Both the position numbers and the translations under genes were made by a program. Below the pieces are notes generated by a model that did not search any database, was not told where the DNA came from, and saw only the letters and a program-made list of their open reading frames with translations. From Anaeramoeba ignava BMAN (Eukaryota > Protista > Anaeramoebae): a stretch of 64,000 nucleotides of DNA. The first letter of the stretch is position 1; the number at the start of each line of letters is the position of its first letter. The DNA lies in assembly GCA_028826165.1 (NCBI GenBank), contig JAPDFW010000136.1, positions 682,001 to 746,000 of the forward strand, read 5' to 3'. Positions 10,957 to 22,743 of this stretch are shown one piece after another.

Positions 10957-13025
10957 TTAATTATTTAAAAAATTTTGTAAAAATGATGATTTGTTTGATT
11001 GAGAATTTCCATCTTGAATTAAAGCACGACTTGCAATAGTTTCTGGGTTCATTTCTAAAATATAACCTTGATCACAAATTTCATCAAAAATTAGCATAAC
11101 AATATCTACATTTTCTATCAAAATTGTTTTATCTATTTGATTACTTTTTAATTTATAATTTAATTTATAATTTATTAATAATTTTATTTATAATTTTATT
11201 TATAATTTTATTTATAATTTTATTTATAATTTAATTTATAATTTAATTTATAATTTTATTTATAATTTTATTTATAATTTTATTTATAATTTAATTTATA
11301 ATTTATAATTTTATTTATAATTTAATTTATAATTTTATTTATAATTTAATTTATAATTTTATTTATAATTTTAATTTATAATTTTATTTATAATTTTATT
11401 TATAATTTTATTTATAATTTTATTTATAATTTATTTTATAATTTAATTTTATAATTTATTTTATAATTTTATTTATAATTTTATTTTTTATAATTTTATT
11501 TTATTTATTTATAATTTTTATTTATAATTTTATTTATAATTTTATTTATAATTTAATTTATAATTTTATTTATAATTTTATTTAATTTTAATTTTATTTA
11601 TAATTTTATTTATAATTTAATTTATAATTTTATTTATAATTTTATTTTAATTTATAATTTTATTTATAATTTTATAATTTTATTTATAATTTTATTTATA
11701 ATTTTATTTATAATTTTTATTTATAATTTTATTTATAATTAATTTATAATTTTATTTTTATTATTTTAAATTTTTATAATTTTAATTTATAATTTTAATT
11801 TATAATTTAATTTATAATTTAATTTATAATTTAATTTATAATTTAATTTATAATTTAATTTATAATTTAATTTATAATTTAATTTTAATTTAATTTAATT
11901 TATAATTTAATTTATAATTTAATTTTATAATTTTATTTATAATTTAATTTATAATTTTATTTATAATTTTTTAATTTTAATTTTATTTATAATTTTATTT
12001 ATAATTTTATTTTTTAATTTTATTTTATTTAATTTTAATTTATAATTTTTATAATTTATAATTTTTTAATTTTAATTTTAATTTTATTTAATTTTAATTT
12101 AATTTATAATTTTATTTATAATTTTTTTTATAATTTATATTTTAATTTTAATTTATTTATAATTTTATTTTAATTTAATTTATAATTTTTATTTATATAA
12201 TTTTTTAATTTTAATAATTTTATTTATAATTTATTTATAATTTTAATTTATAATTTTATTTATTTAATTTTATTTATAATTTAATTTATAATTTTAATTT
12301 ATAATTTAATTTATAATTTTAATTTTATTTATAATTTAATTTATAATTTTATTTTATAATTTAATTTATAATTTAATTTATTTTAATTTAATTTTATTTA
12401 TAATTTTATTTATAATTTATAATTTAATTTATAATTTTATTTATATTTTTATTTATATAATTTATATTTATTTATTTTTATTTATAATTTAATTTATAAT
12501 TTATTTATAATTTTATTTATAATTTAATTTATAATTTTATTTATAATTTTATTTATAATTTAATTTATAATTTTATTTATAATTTAATTTATAATTTTAT
12601 TTATAATTTTATTTATAATTTTACCGGAAAATAAGAAGTAATGTAGTATAAAAATTTTGAAGAACATTATATAAAATTAATTCATTTTCATCTTGATTTC
12701 CAGTTACAAATAAATGAAGATCTGAAAAACTTTTTGCACATGTAATTGAATTTTGAATTTCAATAATTTCTTCTAATAAAAGAAAAAAATATTTTAAATA
12801 CAAAAATTTTTGGTTTTTTTTTCTTGAATCCAAAAACTGAAAAAATTGTATTTATTATTATTTTTAAAACAAACCACCAGAATTAACTTTATCTATTAAT
12901 TGTTTTTCAAAATGTCTTTGTCTTTTTAATGTTTTAAAATGATCTCCATAATATCTACAATAAAGTCTTTTCCCTTCTTTATCTAAAAGTAAAATACACC
13001 AAACTGTAAATAATCCTTGTTCCAT
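10957..13025 (-). CDS. COPZ: Coatomer subunit zeta. Exons 13025-12875, 12772-12625, 11143-10957
   Basis: Spliced product ..ILLLDKEGKRLYCRYY..DLHLFVTGNQDENELILYNVL..IENVDIVMLIFDEICDQGYILEMNP matches the zeta-COP (Clat_adaptor_s) pattern. Confidence 0.9.
11150..12620. repeat. ~1.5 kb intronic satellite with the same 12-nt unit as 8365-10245
   Basis: Inside zeta-COP intron 11144-12624. Confidence 0.95.
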
Positions 13026-13580
13026 TTTTTTTAATTTTTTGATTTATTATTTTTTAATAAAATAAAATAAAAAAAGAAGAAAAAAAAAATGAAAAAAAAA
13101 ATGAAAAAAAAAATTTAATTTTTCTTCTTTTTTTTTAAATAATAAAATAATATAAAATAAGCAAATATTTATTTTAAAATTTCTTTTTTTTAAATTTCTT
13201 TTTTTATTTTTATTAATTGATTGTTTTTTTTTTTTTTTTTTTTGTGACATTTAAAATAGATTAAATAAATAAATGAATTTTTGTAATTAAAATTATAAAT
13301 AAATTTATTATTAAATTATAATTTAAATTTTAATAACTTTTTAAAACAATTTTTTTTGATCAATTTATCAAAAAAAAAACATAAAAACAATTCAAAAAAA
13401 AAAACAAAAAAAAAATTTATTTTTTTATTAATTTTTTTAATTTTATTTTTCTTTTTTTTTTTAATTTTTCTTTTTATAATTTTTAAATAATACCAAATTT
13501 TTATAATTTTCAAGTGCAAATAAAAAAGAATAATTAAAAAAAAAAAAAAATTTTTTTTGAAAACACGAAAATTTTACAAA

Positions 13581-16500
13581 ATGAAACGGAAACAAAGCCC
13601 AATTCCACGAGCGGAACAGCCACCAAAGCAAGTACCAAAACCTGCACCACTACATCCACAAACACCACATTTTCCTCCATTTTCAAATTCACCTTTACAT
13701 TTCGAAACTGTTTCTCAATCACCTTTTGTACTTTCAACCGTCCAATCTCCTTCTAATACTTTCCTTACTTCAATTCAACAACAATCTCCTCTTTATTTGC
13801 TTTCTATTGTTTGCGACTATATGTTCACTGGCGAAATGTCAATAAATCCAAATTCTTTTACAAATGAATTTACAACTGGAATTATAAATGCAATTACAAA
13901 TGAATTTAAAAATCCAAATAAAAATATAAATAAAAATACAAATATAAATTCAAATAAAAATACAAATATAAATTCAAATAAAAATACAAATATAAATCCA
14001 AATATAAATAAAAACAAAAATCCAAATATAAATAAAAACAAAAATCCAAATATAAATCCAAATATAAATCCAAATATAAATCCAAATATAAATCCAAATA
14101 TAAATCCAAATATAAATCCAAATATAAATCCAAATATAAATCCAAATAAAAATCAAATATAAATCCAAAATATAAAAATCCAAATATAAATCCAAAAATA
14201 TAAATCCAAATATAAATCCAAATATAAATCCAAATATAAATATAAATCCAAATATAAATCCAAATATAAATCCAAATATAAATAAAAATATAAATCCAAA
14301 TATAAATATAAATCCAAATATAAATCCAAATTCAAATATAAATCCAAATATAAATCCAAATATAAATCCAAATAAAAATCCAAATATAAACCAAATATAA
14401 ATCAAAATATAAATAAAAATATAAATAAAAATATAAATCCAAATATAAATCCAAATATAAATCCAAATATAAATCCAAATATAAATCCAAATATAAATCC
14501 AAATAAAAATCCAAATATAAATCCAAATATAAATCCAAATATAAAATCCAAATCCAAATCCAAATCCAAATCCAAATCCAAATCCAAATATAAATCCAAA
14601 TCCAAATCCAAATCCAAATCCAAATCCAAATCCAAATCCAAATTCAAATTCAAATCCAAATTCAAATTCAAATTCAAATTCAAATTCAAATATAAATCCA
14701 AATTAAATCCAAATTCAAAAAATAAAATTCAAATCCAAATTCCAAATTCAAATTCAAATTCAAATTCAAATTCCAAATTCAAATAAATCAAAATCAAAAT
14801 CCCAAAATCCAAAATCCAAATCAAAATCAAAATCAAAATCAAAATCAAAATCAAAATCAAAATCAAAATCAAAATCAAAATCAAAATCAAAATCAAAATC
14901 AAAATCAAAATCAAAATCAAAATCAAAATCAAAATCAAAATCAAAATCAAAATCAAAATCAAAATCAAAATCAAAATCAAAATCAAAATCAAAATCAAAA
15001 TCAAAATCAAAATCAAAATCAAAATCAAAATCAAAATAAAAATCAAAATCAAAATCAAAATCAAAATAAAAATCAAAATCAAAATATAAATATAAATCCA
15101 AATCCAAATCCAAATATAAATCAAAATTCAAATCAAAATCAAAATCCAAATCCAAATCCAAATCCAAATATAAATCAAAATCAAAAATCAAAATCAAAAT
15201 ACAAATCAAAATCAAAATACAAATCCAAATTCTTTTGCAAATCCAACTAACAATCCATTTATTTCTTTTTCAAAATCTTTCACTCAAAAAATCCCCATTC
15301 AAAATATCCCAAATTTTATTCCAAATAATTCTTCTTTTTCTTATTCAAATAAAAATGACAAACAAATTTCACATAATCAAAAATTTGTACAGAGTCATCA
15401 AAACCAAAAATTGAATAATCAAAAAGAATATGTAAATAAAATCAATCAAGTGGAAAATAATCCAACACAAATTATAAAAAACTCAAAAAAAGTTTCAAGT
15501 AATATAAACCAAAAACAAAATAACGTAAATATAACTAAAAATACAAATACAAATATAGATACAAATATAGATACAAATATAGATACAAATACAAATACAA
15601 ATACAGATACAAATATAGATACAAATATAGATACAAATATAGATACAAATATAGATACAAATCAAAATACAAATACAAATATAGATACAAATCAAAATCA
15701 AAATATAAATATAAATTTAAATCAAAATCAAAAATCAAATATAAATTTAAATCAAAACCAAAAAATCCCAAATAATCCAAAAAATATACAAAATATAAAT
15801 ATGGATCTAACAAGAATGATTAAAAATGAAAATCCAAATCAAAAAAATATCAATATAAACAATCCAAATACTATACAAAATAACATGAACCAAATTCCAA
15901 TCCATCCCAATAATATTGGAAATAACATAGGGCCAATAGCAATGAACCCTAATCAAATACCTCATATGATGAACCCAATACCAATGAATACAAATTACAT
16001 ATTTTCAAGAGGAGTTCCAATTATGAATCCAAATGGGAATTTTATGAAAGTACTAACACCAAACAATCCACAAATGAAAGCACTAACGATAAACGGAGGG
16101 GGAATATCAATGATGCCAAACGGGACACAAATACCATATATGGGCATGCCTCCGTACATTATCCCAATAAACTCTAATCCAATGCACAGAATGCAATCAT
16201 CTCCAAAAAATCAATCGCCAGTAAATAAAGACCCAAAATCAGCACAAAATCCAAATTCAAATTCAAATCCAAAAAATCAACCCAAACAACCTAATTCAGC
16301 ACAAAAACAAAATCAACGCAAAAGTCCAATAACAAATCCAAATTTCTCACAAAAAAGAAATAAAAGTCCAACTTCACTAAAAAATTCAAAACAAATTTTA
16401 AAAAATAATAACAATAATAATACTAATTCAGAAAAGAAACAGAAAATCCCAAATCATTTGCAAACAAGAAATCAAGAAAAAAAAAGAAAGGAAATTTCAA

Positions 16501-17195
16501 TAAATTATGATCAAGAACAAAAAAATTCATTTTTAAAACGTTTGAAAAATGGACAATCAAAAACCACACAAAATTCCAATCAAAATCAAAATCAAAATAA
16601 AAATAAAAACCAAAATCAAAATAAAAATAAAAACCAAAATCAAAATGAAAATAAAAATCAAAATCAAAATGAAAATAAAAATCAAAATCAAAATCAATAT
16701 GAAAATGAAAATCAAAATAAAAATCAAAATCAAAATAAAAATCAAAATCAAAATCAAAATCAAAATGGAAAAAAACCAAAAATAAAAAAAATCAAAATGA
16801 AAACAAGAACAACATCACAAATAGAAAAACTGGAAAATCAAAATGAAAACACAATAAAATATGAAACCAGAAGAATAACAAGAAGCCAAATGAAAAAAAG
16901 ATTGAATGAATCTGAAAATTCTGAAGATGAATCAGATTTCGAAGAAAATGAAGATTCTTTGCATAGTTCATCAGAAGAATCAAATGATATTATTCAATGT
17001 ATTTGTGGAAATAATTTTTCAAGAGGAGAAATGGTTCAATGTGATTCTTGTAAAATATGGCAACATATTGATTGTTTGGGATTTAAATCAGGTAATGACC
17101 TTCCAGATTTCTATTTTTGTCAGAAATGTAAAAGCAAATTTAAAAAGCAAAATGAAACTGAACCTTTTGAAAAAAAAGTGGAAAATAATTTATGA
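13581..17195 (+). CDS. Large low-complexity (N/P/I/Q-rich) protein with a C-terminal PHD finger; frame broken several times in the 13900-15230 repeat
   Basis: C4HC3 PHD: [44 protein letters not shown]. The repeat between the 5' and 3' unique parts has no G on the + strand, so it contains no GT-AG intron and is probably coding with indel errors. Confidence 0.7.
13900..15230 (+). repeat. Coding hexamer/dodecamer repeats (AATCCA AATATA, AATCAA) encoding NPNI and NQ tracts
   Basis: Direct reading. Confidence 0.9.
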
Positions 17196-17295
17196 AAAAT
17201 TTAATAATAACAAAACAAAATAAAATAATTATTGAAAGATTTTTTTTTTCATTTTTTTTTTTCCATTTTTTTTAATTTTTTCAATTTATTAAAAA

Positions 17296-19746
17296 ATGAT
17301 TCAAAATGTTTTTAAATTTTCTAATTCATTTTCTTTAAGAAATTTTGTTACTTCAATTAAATCAGCAACTCAACATTTAAAAATAAATCAACCAAGACCA
17401 GAAACCCATCCTCATTTAATTAAAAAAGGTGAATTAACACCAGGAATAACTTTTGATGAATATCAACAACGTAGAAAAAAATTAATGGAAAATATACCTT
17501 CAGATTCAAATCATCAACAAAAAATGTTTTGGTATGTTTGAAGAAAAAATTAATATAAAATAAATATTAATATAAATATAAATATAAATATTAATATAAA
17601 TATAAAATATAAAATAAAATAAATCATAAGCATAAAAAAATATAAATAAAAAAATAAAAATATAAATATAAATATAAATATAAATATAAATATAAATATA
17701 AATATAAATATAAATATAAATATAAATATAAATATAAATATAAATATAAATAAAAATATAAATATAAATAAAAATATAAATATAAATATAAATCTAAAAT
17801 AAATATAAAAATAAAATATAAATATAAAATATAAATATAAATATAAATATAAATATAAATATAAATATAAAAATAAATATAAATATAAATATAAATATAA
17901 AAATATAAATAAATATAAATAAATATAAATATAAATATAAAATATAAATATAAAATATAAATATAAAATAAAATATAAATATAAATATAAATATAAATAT
18001 AAATATAAAATAAAAATAAAAATAAAAAAATAAACATAAATATAAATATAAATATAAAATATAAATATAAATATAAATATAAATATAAATATAAATATAA
18101 ATATAAATATAAATATAAATATAAATATAAAAATATATAAATATAAATATAAATTTAAAAAATATAAATATAAATATAAATATAAATATAAATATAAAAA
18201 ATATAAATATAAATATAAAAATATAAATATAAATATAAATATAAATATAAAATATAAATATAAATATAAATATAAATATAAATATAAATATAAATATAAA
18301 TATAAATATAACATAAAATATGAAATATAAAAATATAAAATATAAATATAAATATAAATATAAATATAAATATATATAAATATAAATATAAATATAAATA
18401 TAAATATAAATATAAATATAAATATAAATATAAATATAAATATAAATATAAATATAAATATAAATATAAATATAAATATAAATATAAATATAAATATAAA
18501 TATAAATATAAATATAAATATAAATTTAAATATATAAAATAAATTTTTATTTAAAAATAGATTGAGATTCCAACAAGCATCAAATTTCTTTTATTACACT
18601 GGTATTTCAACACCAGATTCAATTTGTACATTTGAAAAAGAAAAAAATAACAAATTCAAATACTCAATCTTTTCAGAACAAAAAGGAAAAGAATATGAAT
18701 TATGGTGGGGAAAACAAACACAAAAAGAAGATTTAAAAAAAATTTTTGGAGTTGATGAAATTTTTCAAATTGAAGATTTCCAGAATTTCCTTAAAAAAAA
18801 ACTGGAAAAATACAATCAATTTTTCGTCATTTCTGAAGATGAACATATTAGCTTCAGAATAACAATTTCGCAAATAATAACGCAAATAAAAAAAAGTCAA
18901 GAAGTGAAATTATTCAATGCGGTTGGATTTGGAGAAAACCAAAGAAAAGTAAAAAGCAAAGCAGAACTTGAATTACTTCGTAAATCTGCTTTAATAGGAA
19001 GTTATGCATTAAAAAAAGTCATTTCCAAAACAAAACCTGGAATGATTGAAAACCAATTGGCAGCGGAATTTGAATATCACTGCAAAATGCAAGGAGCAGA
19101 ATTTTTAAGTTTTCCTTGCATAGTTGCGTCTGGAATCAACGGCACTATCATTCATTATCTACATAATAATCAAGTGCTTGAGGAAAACGATCTCATATTA
19201 ATGGATTGTGGATGCGAATTATATGGATATTCTTCCGACATTTCAAGAACATTTCCAGCCAATGGAAAATTCACAAACGCGCAGAAAAAGCTCTATGACT
19301 CAGTGTTAAAAGAACAAGAAAATTTGATCCAAATGTGTCAAACGGGGGTTACAATTGAAAATCTTCATCTTGAAGCAGAACGGGGGTTAGCTCGAGCTCT
19401 GATCAACCTCGGAATCCTTAAGCCCCCATCCCTTCAAGTCCCGCTTTCTCGCGATCTTGTTCATCGCTTCTTCCCTCATTCTGTCTCACATCTCCTTGGT
19501 GTTGATGTTCATGATTGCGAAAATTTGCCAAAAAATCAACCACTTCAAAATGGTACTGTTTTAACTATTGAACCTGGTCTTTATATACCAAATGACCCAG
19601 ATATTCCATTAGAATTCCGTGGTTTGGGCATTAGAATCGAAGATGATGTCGTTATTCATGGAGATTCTCCAGAGGTTTTGACTGATTCAGTTCCAAAAAA
19701 AACTCAAGAAATTGAATCTTTAATGAATAAAGAAGAAAAAAAATAA
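17296..19746 (+). CDS. XPNPEP3: Xaa-Pro aminopeptidase 3 / Icp55-like M24B peptidase with a putative organellar presequence; ~1 kb intron ~17532-18560 (junction problematic)
   Basis: N-terminal [31 protein letters not shown] is typical of XPNPEP3/Icp55. M24B motifs: [48 protein letters not shown]. Confidence 0.9.
17550..18540. repeat. Intronic (AAATAT)n microsatellite
   Basis: Direct reading. Confidence 0.95.
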
Positions 19747-19814
19747 TTAGAAAAATTTTTTCATTTTTATTTTTTATTTTTCATTTTTTTACTTTTTAAA
19801 AACAAAAACAAATT

Positions 19815-21471
19815 ATGCAAATTTTTAAGAAAATTTTTCTTTTTGTTTATAAATTTTTTCTTAAAATATTTTCTTTTTTCAAATCCTTTCAGAATTCTTC
19901 AAAAAACCAATTAAAAAATCCTCAATTTATTTATCTTCCAGTTTCAAAACATCTTCCAAAAAATTGCTTAAATAAATTGAGATCAAAATCAAAAATCACA
20001 ACAACACAAAAACAAAGAAAGTTACCAAAAGAAACTGATTTAATATTTATAAAACTTCCAATTGAAAGTAAGATTTATTTCAGATTTTTTTTTTTAAAAT
20101 TTTTTTTTGATTTTTTTTTTTGGATTTTTTTTTTTGATTTATTGAATTTTTTTTTTTAAATTAGTTATTTGGTTTATTGCTGAATATCTTTCTCCAATGG
20201 AAGCAATGAGATTTGCAATGTGTTCAAAATATATAATGCAGTTAATACAAGATGAAGAATTATGGAGAAGAATATCAATATCATTCAATGAACTATTTGA
20301 ATGGAAAACATTGCAAATTCAATCATGTTTTGGAAATGCAAATATTGGGATGAAAAATCAATTACAACTCAAAAACAAAAACGGAATTTTATATTCAAAT
20401 TCACTTAATTTTTCATATTTTCCAAAATCTTTAAATCAACATTCAAGAAAAAAAATGCGTATTTGTTACATTCGTACTTTGGATCATCCAAGAAAGGAAA
20501 TGGTGACTCGAATCAAAAGATTGGATCAAATGGTTCGACTACAAAAGAAGGAAACTGAAAGAATTGAAGCCAAACGGATGAAACAATTAGAATCGGATAA
20601 AATTCTTGGAAAACTTGACCAATTTATGTCAAATTATTACCCCAAGATTTTTCTTCTTGGCGTTCTTGGATTTCTGATCAACCTCACCCTTTATCATGAG
20701 AATATTCTCCCGATCAAATTTCGATGCGCGATGTTTGTCCTATTCCCAATATTTTTTGCAATATGTGTTTTTATTGCTTTTACTTTTATTTTTCCGTTAA
20801 TGACTTCTTCAAATTCAAATTTGATTCCCTTTGGTTTTTTGAATACTTGGAATTTTCTTTTGTTGATCTTTGTTCTTCTCATCGGACTCAAAGTGGATAG
20901 TATAATCCATCCCTCGAGCTGGATCGTTGTTTTTATCCCAGCTTTTCTGTCAATTGCTCCGTTTGTTATATTTTTCATTTTCCTTCCCATCGTTCTTCGT
21001 CTCAGCGGAACAACGCAAAACAATTCATCTAATTTCAGCTTCTTCTATTCAGTCGTTGTTCTTTTTTTGAATTTCGCGTTCTTTCTTTTTATACTTGCCA
21101 AGAAGCTTGATGGAAAAATCACCAATTCGTATTTTGTTGTTTTTATTCCACTTTTTTTCCAAAATAATGTCACTCTTGTTATTCCTTTTATAATCTGTAT
21201 GGTGAACAAAATATTCAGTCGTTCCTATAGATCTGTGTCTCATTTCTTCAGTTATCACAATGCGTTTGAAGCACCAAGGTTTTATCTTATATTCTTTGAG
21301 ACTCTTTTTGTGTTGATGATTCCTGTTTCTGTTTTTGAATTTCTTCTTGCAATGTATTTAGAAAATATGTTGATCCATTTTTATCCTATTATGATTCCTT
21401 TATTTCTTCTTGTTGGTCTTGCTTTTTCTAATCGTTGGATTCGAAGTATTTGGGAAAAAATTGTTTATTAA
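19815..21471 (+). CDS. F-box + TMEM185/FAM11-like multi-pass membrane protein. Exons 19815-20067 and 20165-21471
   Basis: Splicing restores the F-box FIKLPIEIIWFIAEYLSPMEAMRFAMCSKYIMQLIQDEELWR. C-terminal repeats LKVDSII..SWIVVFIP and KKLDGKITNSYFVVFIPLF are Tmemb_185A-like. Confidence 0.8.
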
Positions 21472-21489
21472 TTTCGAATTTTGTTTTAA

Positions 21490-22690
21490 TTATTTTTTAA
21501 ATAAATATTAAAGAAAATAAATATATTAAAGAAAATAAATAAATATTGAAGAAAAAATATAAAGTATTTTTTAAATAAATAATATTTTTAAAAATATAAA
21601 TCATTTTTAAATAAATATTAAATAAAAAATATAAATTATTTTTAAATAGTATTGAAGAAAAATATAAAGTATTTTTAAATAAATATTGAAGAAAAAATAT
21701 AAATTATTTTTAAATAAAGTATTGAAGAAAAAATATAAATCATTTTTAAATAAATATTGAATAAAAAATATAAAGTATTTTTAAATAAATATTAAATAAA
21801 AAATATAAAGTATTTTTTAAATAAATATTGAAGAAAAATATAAATTATTTTTAAATAAATATTGAAGAAAAATAAAGTATTTTTAAATAAATATTGAAGA
21901 AAAATATAAAGTATTTTTAAATAAATATTAAAGAATATAAATAATCTTTTAAATAAATATTGAATAAAAATATAAGTTATCTTTTAAATAAATATTGAAT
22001 AAAAATATAAACTATTTTTTAAATAAATATTGGATATAAAGAAAAATATAAATTATTTTTAAATATTAAAGAAAAATATAAAGTATTTTTAAATAAAATT
22101 AGAGAAAAAAATTTGAAGAAAAAAATAAAGTATTTTTAAATAAATATTGAATAAAAATATAAAGTATTTTTAAATAAATATTGGATAAAAATATAAATAA
22201 TCTTTTAAATAAATATTGAATAAAAATATAAATAATTTTTAAATAAATATTAAAGAAAAATATAAATTATTTTTAAATAAATATTGAATTGAATTTTTAA
22301 AAAAATTGGATAAAAATATAAATAATCTTTAAATAAATATTAAAGAAAAATATAAAGTATTTTTAAATAAATATTGAAGAAAATATATAAATTATTTTTT
22401 AAATATTGAATAAAAATATAAATTATTTTTAAATAAATATTAAATAAAAATATAAATCATCTTTTTAAATAAATATTGAAGAAAAATATAAATTATTTTT
22501 AAATAAATATTGAATAAAGAATATAAAGTATTTTTTAAATAAATATTAAAGAAAATAAATATTTAAATAAATATTAAATAATAAATATATAAAGTATCTT
22601 TTTAAATAAATATATAAAGTATTTTTTAAATAAATATTGAATAAAAAATATAAATTATCTTTTAAATAAATATTGGATAGAAAATATAAA
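21490..22690. repeat. Intergenic minisatellite, ~33-36 bp unit (AAATAAATATTGAAGAAAAATATAAAGTATTTTT-like)
   Basis: Direct reading; many degenerate copies. Confidence 0.9.
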
Positions 22691-22743
22691 TTATTTTTCA
22701 TTTTTCATTTTTCATTTTTTTCCTTTTCTTTTTCATTTATTTT

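Noticed and set aside
17530-18561. TGA reassigned to Trp (alternative genetic code)
   Set aside because: TGA terminates other genes here (PHD gene at 17195, ankyrin-BTB at 25820, TauE at 32260), and Trp is encoded by TGG throughout.
21490-22690. CRISPR-like array (~35-bp periodicity); also the 21-bp array at 29913-30060 and the 16-bp array at 46105-46272
   Set aside because: These are head-to-tail repeats with no unique spacers, no cas genes and a eukaryotic context.
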